DNA of 64,000 nt from Candidatus Poriferihabitaceae bacterium (lineage in GTDB: Bacteria > Pseudomonadota > Gammaproteobacteria > Arenicellales > Poriferihabitantaceae). The position numbers and the translations under genes are program-made. Positions 8,797 to 18,121 of this stretch are shown here, piece by piece. The notes beneath the pieces are model-generated. The model was given only the letters and a program-made list of their open reading frames with translations. It made no database searches and had not been told where the DNA came from. Position 1 is the first letter of the stretch. Each line of letters opens with the position of its first letter. The DNA is taken from contig OZ251537.1 in assembly GCA_965243285.1 (NCBI GenBank), forward strand, positions 2,633,019-2,697,018, written 5' to 3'.

Positions 8797-9426
8797 GGGA
8801 TTTATATCACTAAATCTGCAGTTCGATGGCCGTTTTTTGAAGTCAGCGGCTCATTTAGGGGGCTGCGTTTGATTTTTGCTTTTGATTTGGCTTTGGCTTT
8901 CGATTTCTCTTTGGCTTTTGGCTTTTCGCTTTTGACTTTGGCTTTTGGCTTTTGGCTTTTGGCTTTTGGCTTTTGACTTTGGCTTTTAACGTTTTACTCC
9001 CCCCCCGCTTCATCTGGGGGGAGTCAAATCAGGCGGCTTTATCGCCTGATTTGGTGGGGGGACTGTTGATTTGGCTTTTGACTTTTCGATTTTTGCTTTT
9101 TCCTTTTGGCTTTCGCTTTTGCTTTTTGGTTTTGCTTTTTGATTTTGCTGTTGCTTTTTGATTTTGCTGTTGCTTTTTGGCTTTTAACGTTTTACTCCAC
9201 CTTAGCTTTTTCAGGGGGGAGTCAAATCAGGCTGCTTTATCGCCTGATTTGATGGGGGGGCTGTTGATATTGGTCTTTTTGCTTTTGCCTTTAAATCTTC
9301 AACGCATTAGCCCAAATTAGGGGCAAGGTAGAAACCAACAGCCAAGTCTAAAGCCAAGTCAAAAGCGAAAAGCCAAAAGCCAAAGCCAAAGCCAAACCCG
9401 CCGTGCAGATTTAGATATATAAATCC
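8797..9426. mobile_element. MITE-like non-coding element, 630 bp, with about 23-bp terminal inverted repeats and a 9-bp target duplication
   Basis: Left end GGGATTTATATCACTAAATCTGCA (8797-8820). The right end reverse-complements to GGATTTATATATCTAAATCTGCA (9404-9426). An identical CCAAAAAAA flanks both sides (8788-8796 and 9427-9435). The arms carry GGCTTTT / AAAAGCC repeats in inverted orientation. The centre has two direct copies of a roughly 95-bp hairpin unit. Confidence 0.6.
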
Positions 9427-9475
9427 CCAAAAAAACCCTAAAAATCTCAAAAAAACCCGCAAAACCCGCAAAAAA

Positions 9476-9552
9476 TGGCGCGCCCGGAGAGATTCGAACT
9501 CCCGACCTCTTGGTTCGTAGCCAAGCACTCTATCCAACTGAGCTACGGGCGC
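9476..9552 (-). tRNA. tRNA-Arg (anticodon ACG)
   Basis: The reverse complement folds as a cloverleaf: GCGCCCG acceptor, anticodon arm CTTGG-CTACGAA-CCAAG, T-loop TTCGAAT, encoded CCA. Confidence 0.9.
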
Positions 9553-9583
9553 GGTGAATTTTTTACGCTATACGGCTAACGGC

Positions 9584-9676
9584 TGGCGGAGAGAGAGGGA
9601 TTCGAACCCTCGATGGGGCTATAAACCCCATACTCCCTTAGCAGGGGAGCGCCTTCAGCCACTCGGCCATCTCTCC
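9584..9676 (-). tRNA. tRNA-Ser (anticodon GCU), long variable arm
   Basis: Reverse complement GGAGAGATGGCCGAGTGG..., anticodon arm CTCCC-CTGCTAA-GGGAG, long variable arm, TTCGAAT T-loop, encoded CCA. Confidence 0.9.
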
Positions 9677-9731
9677 ATTACGGTCACCAATGTGTTGCCT
9701 CTGCCGCTGGCGGCGGGCGACAAGCACCGGG

Positions 9732-10079
9732 TTAGGAGTTATTAGGGTCCGGCGCTTCGCCGTCATCGTCATCCATATCGAGGTAATCATCAGCAGGGCC
9801 GCCTTGCCCGCCTTGCCCGCCTTGCCCGCCTTGCCCGCCTTGCCCGCCTTGCCCGCCTTGACTCATGGCGGGGGGCACGTATTCGTTGCCGCGCGGCGGC
9901 GGGCCTTCGCCGGATTGTTCTTGTTTTATTTTATAGTAGATTTCCTCGCGATGGACCGGGATATCTTTGGGCGCGTTGATGCCGATGCGCACTTGCGTGC
10001 CACGCACGCCCAGCACGGTGAGACGGACTTCATCGCCGATGAATACGGATTCACCGACGCGGCGGGTGAGAATTAACAT
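9732..10079 (-). CDS. csrA: carbon storage regulator CsrA/RsmA with an atypical 55-aa C-terminal extension
   Basis: [48 protein letters not shown] is a canonical CsrA core. AGGAGA SD upstream. The extension contains (QGG)7 and an acidic tail. Confidence 0.9.
   Translation of the reverse strand: MLILTRRVGESVFIGDEVRLTVLGVRGTQVRIGINAPKDIPVHREEIYYKIKQEQSGEGPPPRGNEYVPPAMSQGGQGGQGGQGGQGGQGGQGGPADDYLDMDDDDGEAPDPNNS
9795..9863. repeat. 9-bp tandem repeat GCCTTGCCC, 6 perfect plus partial copies, inside csrA
   Basis: Read directly. Encodes the QGG repeat on the minus strand. Confidence 0.95.
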
Positions 10080-10305
10080 TTACGCTCTCCTGTGTTAATG
10101 AAAAACTGCTCGTATGTAGCGACCTTATTTCGTACCTTGTTGGTCGAATATGCTGGCCGAACTTGCTGGTCAAACCTGATGGAAGCCAAACTTGTTTTTC
10201 CACAGACCAGCCGACGGCTCGACATGGGCAATTTTAGCGCCTCGCCAGCACCATTAGGCGGCCGGCGATGACGCGCACTCGAGCAATCGCTTAGCGGATT
10301 GTAAC

Positions 10306-11559
10306 TTAAAAACCACCCGCCCTAGGGGTTGCCCGGCTCGCCCGCGCCACCTCTAAATCAAACGCCTTGTGCAGCGTGCGCACCGCCAATTCGGTGTATT
10401 CCTGCGCCACGGTGACCGAAATTTTGATCTCGGAAGTTGAAATCATCTGAATATTGATGCCTTTTTCCGACAGCGCCTTGAACATGGTGGTGGCGATGCC
10501 GGCGTGCGAGCGCATACCCACCCCGACCACCGATATTTTCGCCACATCGCTGTCGCCGGTGATCTCCGCAGCGCCGAGTTCGGTCGCGATGGGGGCCAGG
10601 ATGCGGCGGCTTTTTTCCAGCTCATCGCAGCCGATGGTGAAGGTCAAATCGGTCAACCCGTCGCTGCTGACATTCTGCACGATCATATCGATGTTGATAT
10701 TCGCCGCCGACACCGGACCTAACAACTGATACGCGATGCCGGGCTTATCCGGCACGCCGCGAATGGTCACTTTGGCTTCGTCGCGCTGATAGGTGATGCC
10801 GGAAATAAGCGGCTGTTCCATGGATTTATCCTCATTAGTGATGAGCGTGCCGGGGCCGCTTTCGAACGACGACAGCACGCGCAGCGGCACCTGATATTTG
10901 CCGGCGAATTCTACCGCGCGAATCTGCAACACCCGCGCCCCGGCGCCGGATAACTCCAGCATCTCCTCGAAGGTAATACGCGCCAGGCGCCGCGCTTCGG
11001 GCACGATTCTCGGGTCGGCGGTGTATACGCCATCCACATCGGTGTAGATGCGGCATTCGTCCGCCCGCAGCGCCACCGCCAGGGCCACCGCCGTGGTGTC
11101 CGAGCCGCCGCGCCCCAGGGTGGTGATGTTGTTGTCCGCATCGACGCCCTGAAAACCGGCCACCACGGCCACCGCGCCGCGCGCCAAATCGCGGCCGATG
11201 CGCGCCGACTGAATGTCCACAATCCGCGCCTTGCCGTGGGCTTGGTCGGTGAGAATACGCACTTGCGCGCCGGTGTGCGAACGCGCCTCGATGCCGAGAG
11301 CGTGCAGCGCCATGGCCAACAACGCGATGGTAACTTGCTCGCCGGTGGAGAGCAACACATCGATTTCTCGGTCCGACGGCTGGGCGTTGGTTTCGCCGGC
11401 TAACGCCAGCAATTTATTGGTCTCGCCGCTCATGGCCGACGCCACCACCACCAGCCGATGCCCGGCGCGCGCCGATTCCGCCACTCGCTGCGCCACCGCC
11501 TGGATGCGCTCAATATCGCCCACCGAAGTGCCGCCGTATTTTTCAACAATCAGAGCCAA
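10306..11559 (-). CDS. lysC: aspartate kinase
   Basis: ALIVEKYGGTSVGD N-terminus, TLGRGGSDTTAVALA, two C-terminal ACT regions. The probable TTG start at 11559 gives MALIVEKYGG. The track ORF extends to 11595. Confidence 0.9.
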   Translation of the reverse strand: MALIVEKYGGTSVGDIERIQAVAQRVAESARAGHRLVVVASAMSGETNKLLALAGETNAQPSDREIDVLLSTGEQVTIALLAMALHALGIEARSHTGAQVRILTDQAHGKARIVDIQSARIGRDLARGAVAVVAGFQGVDADNNITTLGRGGSDTTAVALAVALRADECRIYTDVDGVYTADPRIVPEARRLARITFEEMLELSGAGARVLQIRAVEFAGKYQVPLRVLSSFESGPGTLITNEDKSMEQPLISGITYQRDEAKVTIRGVPDKPGIAYQLLGPVSAANINIDMIVQNVSSDGLTDLTFTIGCDELEKSRRILAPIATELGAAEITGDSDVAKISVVGVGMRSHAGIATTMFKALSEKGINIQMISTSEIKISVTVAQEYTELAVRTLHKAFDLEVARASRATPRAGGF

Positions 11560-11780
11560 AATGCAGCGCCTCGCGTTCGATGAAGGACCCAACAACCCAC
11601 CTAAATACGCTCCACCGACGATTCACCGCCCGCCGGCCGGCGTGATGTCACCGCCGATTCGCCTGGGCTACGCGAATGGCCGCCGACGCGGCGCGCCAAA
11701 CCTGGCCACGCCAAACTTCGGCCGCGGGTGTACATATATATGTCATGGAACACGGCCGATGGGGAAAAACCGCGGCGCCG

Positions 11781-14396
11781 TTATGCCGCCGCCACCCAGC
11801 GCCGCGCCGCCGCCCAAGCATCGTCCAACGCGTCGACCTTAGTGCCGCCGCCCTGCGCCAATTCCGCCTTGCCGCCGCCGTGGCCGCCCAGTAGTGGCGA
11901 CACGGATTTGATCAGCCGCCCGGCCGGGTAGCGCTCGGCGAGGTCGGCGGTCACGCCGGCGATTAGGATCACCCGCTCGGCGGTTGTGCCAGCCACCAGC
12001 ACGATGCCGCTGCCCAATTTTTGTTTCCAATGGTCCACCACCCGGCGCATGGCTTTGGCGTCCGCATCATCGTGTTTGATGGCGATCATTTTTACGCCGT
12101 TTATCTCCTCCACCGCCACCGACTCGGTCGCGCCGCCGAGCAATTTGGCTTGTAACGCCTGAATTTGCCGCACTTGCTCGCGCTGGTGGTCGAGCACGGC
12201 GCGCACTCGCCCCGCGAGGTCTTGGGGTTTGGCGTGCACCGCGGCGGCGGCGGCGGCCAGTTGCGCCAAGCGTTGCGCCAGCCATTTTTCGGCCGCGGCG
12301 CCGGTGAGCGCTTCGATGCGCCGCACCCCGGCCGCGATGCCGCTTTGTGAGATGATTTTGAACATGCCGATGTCGCCGCTGCGCGCCACATGCGTGCCGC
12401 CGCACAACTCCAGCGAAAAATCGCCCATCCGCACCACGCGTACGCGGGCCTCATACTTCTCGCCGAACAACGCCTCGGCGCCGCGCGCTTTGGCCGCTTC
12501 CAATGCCATTTCCTCCACCGCGGCCGGCAGGTTGGCGCGGATGTGATGATTCACCAGCCCCTCGACGGCGCTTATCTGCGAATCATCCATGGCCTCGGGG
12601 TGGGCGAAATCAAAGCGCAGGCGCGCCGCTTCGACCAGCGAGCCCTTTTGCTGCACATGGGCGCCGAGGGTGTGCTTCAACGCGGCGTGCAACAGGTGGG
12701 TGGCGGAGTGATTATTGGCGCACTGGCGGCGAAAATCCGCATCCACCACCGCCGTGGCGCGTTGCCCTACGCGGATTCGCCCGCGCCTCACGGCGCCGAT
12801 ATGGGCGATGGCGCGCCGTGCCGCGTATTGGGTGTTTTCCACCGTAAACACCCCGTCGGCGAAGTGAATTTCGCCGCGGTCGCCGACCTGGCCGCCGCTT
12901 TCGGCATAAAACGGCGTGCGCGCCAAGGCCACGGCGCCGCGCTGTCCGGCGGTCAATTCTTCCACGGCATGTTCATCGCACAACAACAGCACCGCATCGG
13001 TTTCATCGCGCAGGGTGGAATGGCCGGTGAAGCGCGTCTCGCCGAGCGCCGACAGGCCGGCTGACAAGCCGGCTAAACCGGCCGCGTCGGCCTGGCCTGG
13101 CGCGAATTGGCTGGCGGCGCGGGCGCGGGCGCGTTGCGCCGCCATTTCGCGGTCGAAACCTTCGAGGTCTACGGTGAGGCCGTGTTCGCGCGCCACATCG
13201 GCGGTTAAATCCACCGGAAAACCGAAGGTGTCATAAAGTTTGAAGGCGACTTCGCCGGGAATCACCTGGCCGCTTAAGGCGGCGATTTCGCGGTCGAGGA
13301 TTTTTAGGCCTTGTTCCAAGGTTTCGTTGAATTTTTCATTTTCCCGCAGCAACGCTTGCGTCACTTGCGCCTCCCGGGCGGCGAGTTGCGGATAGGCGTC
13401 GCCCATCTCGGCCACCAACGGCGCCACCAGGCGATGCAAAAACGGCGTCCGACAGCCCAACTGATGGCCGTGACGCACCGCCCGCCGGATGATTCGCCGC
13501 AGCACATAACCGCGCCCGTCGTTGGCCGGCAGCACGCCATCGACTAACAAAAACGCGGTCGAACGAATGTGGTCGGCGATAACGCGCAAGGATTTATGGT
13601 CGTCCGCCGCCACCCCCAACGCCGCCGCCGCGGCCGCTATCAGACTACGAAATAAGTCGATGTCGTAATTGTTGCGCACGCCTTGCAAAATCGCCGCCAT
13701 GCGCTCCAACCCCAGGCCGGTGTCCACCGCTGGATTCGGCAATGGCGTCAATTTGCCATCGGCCTCGCGATTGAATTGCATGAACACCAGATTCCACACT
13801 TCCACATAACGGTCGCCATCTTGTTGCGGCGAACCCGGCGGGCCGCCCGCCACTTCCGGTCCATGGTCGTAAAACACTTCAGAGCACGGGCCGCAGGGAC
13901 CCACATCGCCCATGGACCAAAAATTATCTTGCGCGCCGATGCGGCTGAAGCGCGTCTTGGAGACGCCGATGTCATCTAACCAAATGCGCGCCGCTTCATC
14001 ATCTTCTTCGTACACCGTCACCCACAGTCGCTCGGCGGGTAAGCCGAATTCCACGGTGAGCAAATCCCAGGCATAGGCGATGGCTTCGGCTTTGAAATAA
14101 TCGCCGAAACTGAAATTGCCGAGCATCTCGAAAAAGGTGTGATGGCGCGCCGTGTAGCCCACATTGTCTAAGTCGTTGTGCTTGCCGCCGGCGCGCACGC
14201 AGCGCTGCGCCGTGGTGGCGCGAACTATCTCGCGAGTTTGGTTGCCGAGGAATACATCCTTGAACTGCACCATGCCGGCGTTGGTGAACAGCAGGGTTGG
14301 GTCATCGCCCGGCACCAAAGAACTGCTGGGCACGACCTCATGGCCGCGGGCCGCGAAATAATCCAAAAACCGCTGGCGTATGTCGGTGGTTTTCAT
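11781..14396 (-). CDS. alaS: alanine--tRNA ligase
   Basis: MKTTDIRQRFLDYFAARGHEVVPSSSLVP, FTNAGMVQFK, the editing-domain HSATHLLH motif, C-terminal DHHA1-like region. ATG at 14396 preferred. Confidence 0.95.
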   Translation of the reverse strand: MKTTDIRQRFLDYFAARGHEVVPSSSLVPGDDPTLLFTNAGMVQFKDVFLGNQTREIVRATTAQRCVRAGGKHNDLDNVGYTARHHTFFEMLGNFSFGDYFKAEAIAYAWDLLTVEFGLPAERLWVTVYEEDDEAARIWLDDIGVSKTRFSRIGAQDNFWSMGDVGPCGPCSEVFYDHGPEVAGGPPGSPQQDGDRYVEVWNLVFMQFNREADGKLTPLPNPAVDTGLGLERMAAILQGVRNNYDIDLFRSLIAAAAAALGVAADDHKSLRVIADHIRSTAFLLVDGVLPANDGRGYVLRRIIRRAVRHGHQLGCRTPFLHRLVAPLVAEMGDAYPQLAAREAQVTQALLRENEKFNETLEQGLKILDREIAALSGQVIPGEVAFKLYDTFGFPVDLTADVAREHGLTVDLEGFDREMAAQRARARAASQFAPGQADAAGLAGLSAGLSALGETRFTGHSTLRDETDAVLLLCDEHAVEELTAGQRGAVALARTPFYAESGGQVGDRGEIHFADGVFTVENTQYAARRAIAHIGAVRRGRIRVGQRATAVVDADFRRQCANNHSATHLLHAALKHTLGAHVQQKGSLVEAARLRFDFAHPEAMDDSQISAVEGLVNHHIRANLPAAVEEMALEAAKARGAEALFGEKYEARVRVVRMGDFSLELCGGTHVARSGDIGMFKIISQSGIAAGVRRIEALTGAAAEKWLAQRLAQLAAAAAAVHAKPQDLAGRVRAVLDHQREQVRQIQALQAKLLGGATESVAVEEINGVKMIAIKHDDADAKAMRRVVDHWKQKLGSGIVLVAGTTAERVILIAGVTADLAERYPAGRLIKSVSPLLGGHGGGKAELAQGGGTKVDALDDAWAAARRWVAAA

Positions 14397-14561
14397 CACT
14401 GCAAGGGGGCTTCGCTGCACAAAATTTTCGGGCGCGCTTTTTTCATCATCCGGACATTTTGTCCACCGAGGCTGTTGTCGGTCCCATTAAGCGGGGGGAT
14501 TTTGCGCCTCATCTGATGGCGTATTGAGCGGGTCATTTGTGACGCCGCCCGGCGCCAGCGG

Positions 14562-15248
14562 TTATTCGACATAGGGCGCGATGTGGTCGGTGGAAAAACC
14601 GCGTTGCTGTAAGAATTTGGCTTGTTTTGCCCATTCGGCGTAGGTGGCGGGCGGCGTGTCGCCGAATTTTTTGCGCCGCGCTTGGGCCGCCAAGGCCGGC
14701 CATTGTTCGATGTACACTGCCATCACTTGGGCGATGAGGGCCGCGGGCAGTTGGTGGGCGGTCAATTCATAGCGCAGTTTGAGCGAACCTTTGCCGCTTT
14801 GGATGAGCCAGCGGCAACGCGCTTCGGCAAAACGCGCATCGGATTGCGCGCCTTGGGCCGCCAACTCGGCCAGCAAGCGGTCGATGGCGGCTTGGGTGGA
14901 GTCGGTGGAGTCGGAAGATTCAACAGCATCAGCAGATTCAGCGGAATCAGCGGAATCAGCATCGATTTCAGCGTTTACTTTATCGCGGGATGCGCAGGAT
15001 TCGCCGGATTCGCCGATTTCGTCACCAGTTTTGCCGCTGTCACTCGATTCATCGCCACTTTGGTTGAGCGCAACTCGGCGGCATTCGGCCAACGCCAATT
15101 TGCGGCCTAATTCCCAGGCGCTGTAGTCGCGGCGCGCCAACAGGCGGTAGGCATGCTGGCGCAACGCTTGCACCCGCTGCTGCGCAGCCACTTGCGCCGC
15201 CGCGACATCGCCCCACTGCAGCGTGGCGGCCGCTCGGCAAACCGCCAC
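14562..15248 (-). CDS. recX: RecA regulator RecX with an acidic Ser/Asp-rich insertion
   Basis: YRLLARRDYSAWELGRKL and a repeated three-helix pattern. Starts (GTG) 4 nt after the recA stop. Contains the insert DESSDSGKTGDEIGESGE...DADSADSAESADAVESSDSTDS. Confidence 0.8.
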   Translation of the reverse strand: MAVCRAAATLQWGDVAAAQVAAQQRVQALRQHAYRLLARRDYSAWELGRKLALAECRRVALNQSGDESSDSGKTGDEIGESGESCASRDKVNAEIDADSADSAESADAVESSDSTDSTQAAIDRLLAELAAQGAQSDARFAEARCRWLIQSGKGSLKLRYELTAHQLPAALIAQVMAVYIEQWPALAAQARRKKFGDTPPATYAEWAKQAKFLQQRGFSTDHIAPYVE

Positions 15249-15251
15249 CGC

Positions 15252-16454
15252 TTAGGAATCTGCAGCCGGCGGGGAGTTTTCGGCCGTGGCGGCGGACGGG
15301 GTTTGCGCGGCCTCTCTAGAATCGGCGGCGGCGGAAGCGGCCGCTTTAGCCGCCTTGGCAGCGCGCGCCTTGGACCCTTTGGGCGTTTTGGCGGCCGGTG
15401 CATCCGCTTGAGCATCCGTCGTGCTGGCTGAACTCGCCGAACCAGCCGCCGTCGGGGCGACCGCCGCCAGCCCTTTCTCCTCGCGTATTTTGTTTTCGAT
15501 GGTGATGGCGATGTCGGGGTTTTCCTTGAGGAATTCCCGCGCTTTGTCGCGCCCTTGACCGATACGGTCGGCACCGTAACTGTACCAAGCGCCGGATTTT
15601 TCCACCAAATTCATCTCCACCGCGAGGTCGATCAACTCCCCCTCTTTGGAGATGCCTTCGTTATACAGAATGTCGAATTCGGCCTTGCGAAAGGGCGGTG
15701 CTACTTTGTTTTTAATGACCTTGACGCGGGTCTGGTTGCCGAGGATTTCCTCGCCTTTTTTGATGGCGCCGATGCGCCGAATATCCATACGCACCGAGGC
15801 ATAAAACTTCAGCGCATTGCCGCCGGTGGTGGTCTCCGGGTTGCCGAACATGACGCCGATTTTTATCCTGATTTGGTTGATGAAAATCACCATAGTGTTG
15901 GAGCGCTTGATATTGCCGGTGAGTTTGCGCAGCGCCTGGGACATCAGGCGCGCTTGCAAGCCGACATGGTGGTCGCCCATGTCGCCCTCGATTTCCGCCT
16001 TCGGGGTGAGCGCGGCGACCGAATCTATCACCACCACATCCACCGCCGCCGAGCGCACCAACATGTCGGCGATCTCCAGTGCTTGCTCGCCGGTGTCGGG
16101 CTGCGAGACCAGCAACTCGTCCGTATTGACGCCCAGCCGAGCGGCGTACGCCGGATCCAAAGCGTGCTCGGCATCGATAAAGGCCGCCGTGCCGCCGACC
16201 TTTTGCGCTTGGGCGATAACCGATAAAGTGAGCGTGGTTTTGCCGGAAGATTCTGGGCCGTAAATTTCAATAACCCGCCCCTTCGGCAAACCGCCGATGC
16301 CGAGCGCGATATCCAGCCCGATGGAGCCGGTGGAATAGCATGCAATGTCTTGGGAATCTGGGGCATCGCCCAGCCGCATCACCGAACCTTTGCCAAATTG
16401 GCGGTCGATTTGCCCCAGCGCCGCATCCAGCGCCTTGCGTTTGTTGTCGTCCAT
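15252..16454 (-). CDS. recA: recombinase RecA with an extended Ala/Lys/Pro-rich C-terminal tail
   Basis: Walker [21 protein letters not shown] and the L1/L2 regions are all canonical. 400 aa. Confidence 0.97.
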   Translation of the reverse strand: MDDNKRKALDAALGQIDRQFGKGSVMRLGDAPDSQDIACYSTGSIGLDIALGIGGLPKGRVIEIYGPESSGKTTLTLSVIAQAQKVGGTAAFIDAEHALDPAYAARLGVNTDELLVSQPDTGEQALEIADMLVRSAAVDVVVIDSVAALTPKAEIEGDMGDHHVGLQARLMSQALRKLTGNIKRSNTMVIFINQIRIKIGVMFGNPETTTGGNALKFYASVRMDIRRIGAIKKGEEILGNQTRVKVIKNKVAPPFRKAEFDILYNEGISKEGELIDLAVEMNLVEKSGAWYSYGADRIGQGRDKAREFLKENPDIAITIENKIREEKGLAAVAPTAAGSASSASTTDAQADAPAAKTPKGSKARAAKAAKAAASAAADSREAAQTPSAATAENSPPAADS

Positions 16455-16556
16455 AGTGCTACTCCAGCCTCATGTTTATGGTTGAAAATTGGCGGCGGAT
16501 TATCCCATATTTCGAGGGCTATCTTGGCGCTTAATCCGCCTTATCGACGGCTGCAA

Positions 16557-17081
16557 TCATAGCCCCGACGGGCGCATTAAAACCCGCAGTTGGGCCGCGC
16601 CCACGGCGCCTGGGGCGCCCGGGCCGCCCGGGCCGCCCTCGAAATCCAGCACCGCAGCGGCGCAGGTTGGCATCAATTTGCGGTCCGCAAACGGCTCGGC
16701 GGCGGGGCAATATTCAAGCAAAGCCGATGCCAGCCCGGGATTGTGCGCCACTATCATGACCCGCTTATGGCGTTGAAATTGCGCCGCGGCGAGGGCGCGA
16801 ATGGCGGCGGCGGCGGCGTGATACAGGCGCTTATCATAAATGACTTCCACAAGCCCGGGCGGCCAGGCGGCAGCGAGCAAATCCACGGTCGCTGATGCGC
16901 GCGCCGCCGGCGAGGCCAGCGTCACCTCGGGGGCGTAGCCATTTTTCCACAGCCACTCGCCCATGGCGCGCGCGTCGCGCTGCCCGCGTCGGTTCAGCGG
17001 GCGGTGAAAATCCGCGTCGGCGGCATCATGATTCCAATCGGATTTCGCGTGCCGCAGCAGGATTAATTGTTGGGTGAACAT
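16557..17081 (-). CDS. histidine phosphatase family protein (SixA-like)
   Basis: LILLRHAKSDW...RPLNRRGQRDA contains the RHG/RHA phosphatase motif. ATG at 17081 preferred over the 245-aa track ORF. Confidence 0.75.
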   Translation of the reverse strand: MFTQQLILLRHAKSDWNHDAADADFHRPLNRRGQRDARAMGEWLWKNGYAPEVTLASPAARASATVDLLAAAWPPGLVEVIYDKRLYHAAAAAIRALAAAQFQRHKRVMIVAHNPGLASALLEYCPAAEPFADRKLMPTCAAAVLDFEGGPGGPGAPGAVGAAQLRVLMRPSGL

Positions 17082-17165
17082 GGCGGGCGCATGGCTACCG
17101 GGCGGTACAATGCGCCGATTGTACCGCCCCGAATCCCAACATGCACACATACATGTATATGACTC

Positions 17166-18035
17166 ATGTATATGGCTCGCTCGACCCCAAAAATGACTCG
17201 CTCGACCCCAAAAAATCGCGGCGGCGCGCGGCGCCGCGCCAAAACCATCGCCGCTAGCGCCGACCGCCACCATTATTACCAGCTGGCGGTGCAATGCGTC
17301 GAATCGGAAATCGATATGGTGGATAAAACCTATCGCGAAATCCGCGGCCGCCGCGCCGTGACCTTGCGCGAGGATTTTTGCGGCACCGCCAACACCAGCT
17401 GCGAGTGGGTGCGCCGCCGCCGCGCCAATACCGCGCTCGGTTTCGATCTAGATGACGAGGTGCTGGACTGGGGGCGGCGAAAAAACCTCGCCAAACTCAA
17501 CGCCCATCAAAAACCCCGCGTGCAATTAGTGAACCAAGATGTGCGCTGCGCCACCGACAGTGCGGCCGACATTATTTTGGCCATGAATTTCAGCTACATG
17601 GCCTTCAAAACCCGCGACCAATTGCGCGACTATTTTCGCGCTGCGCATGCCGGTTTGGGCGCCGATGGCGTGTTGATGTTAGATGCCTATGGCGGCCATG
17701 AATCCTGGCGCGACCTCAAAGAAAAAACCAAACTGGACGATTTCACCTATTTCTGGGAACAGCGAAAATTCAACCCCGTAAACGGCCACATTCGCTGCCA
17801 CATCCACTTCAAATTCGCCGATGGTTCGCGCATGAAACGCGCCTTCAGCTACCGCTGGCGGATGTGGACGCTGCCGGAAATCCGCGAAATCCTCACCGAA
17901 GCCGGTTTTGCCAAAAGCACGGTTTACTGGGAAGGCACCGACGCCAAAACCGGCGAGGGCAATGACATCTATACCGCCACCGAAAAAGGCGAAGGCGACC
18001 CGAGCTGGATCGTCTATGTGTCGGCGGAAAAATAA
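17166..18035 (+). CDS. class I SAM-dependent methyltransferase
   Basis: REDFCGTANTSCEWVRRR and a DAYGG-type fold region, resembling uncharacterised bacterial SAM methyltransferases. The N-terminus contains a tandem duplication (ARSTPKM/TRSTPKN). The exact start is uncertain. Confidence 0.7.
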   Translation: MYMARSTPKMTRSTPKNRGGARRRAKTIAASADRHHYYQLAVQCVESEIDMVDKTYREIRGRRAVTLREDFCGTANTSCEWVRRRRANTALGFDLDDEVLDWGRRKNLAKLNAHQKPRVQLVNQDVRCATDSAADIILAMNFSYMAFKTRDQLRDYFRAAHAGLGADGVLMLDAYGGHESWRDLKEKTKLDDFTYFWEQRKFNPVNGHIRCHIHFKFADGSRMKRAFSYRWRMWTLPEIREILTEAGFAKSTVYWEGTDAKTGEGNDIYTATEKGEGDPSWIVYVSAEK

Positions 18036-18121
18036 GGGAAATCTCGATTCCCACCCTAAATTATTAGGAAATCGCCGACTAGCGGCGATTTTTAGCCAAA
18101 TTTAACCGGATTTAGCCGGAT

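Noticed and set aside
8870-9400. Possible CRISPR array, given the dense short repeats.
   Set aside because: There is no constant-length repeat alternating with unique spacers. The repeats are 6-7 bp microsatellite units plus two roughly 95-bp direct copies. No cas genes are present.
8719-9537. ORFs 8719-8976, 8952-9161 and 9307-9537 encoding Phe/Gly/Leu-rich peptides (…FGFWLLAFGF…).
   Set aside because: They are translations of the GGCTTTT microsatellite inside the MITE-like element. One overlaps the tRNA-Arg gene. There is no RBS or coding signal.
16455-16556. Expected LexA/SOS box upstream of recA. Also considered whether the ACATATATATGT palindrome is a variant SOS box.
   Set aside because: No CTG-N10-CAG or other dyad is visible in the recA upstream region. 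The palindrome is absent from recA and sits upstream of non-SOS genes (lysC, pdxH, aprB).
17101-17128. Perfect 10-bp inverted repeat GGCGGTACAA-N8-TTGTACCGCC just upstream of the sixA-like start codon.
   Set aside because: It is a single occurrence with no T tract and no second copy in the window. It could be an operator or mRNA 5-prime hairpin, but nothing supports a specific call.
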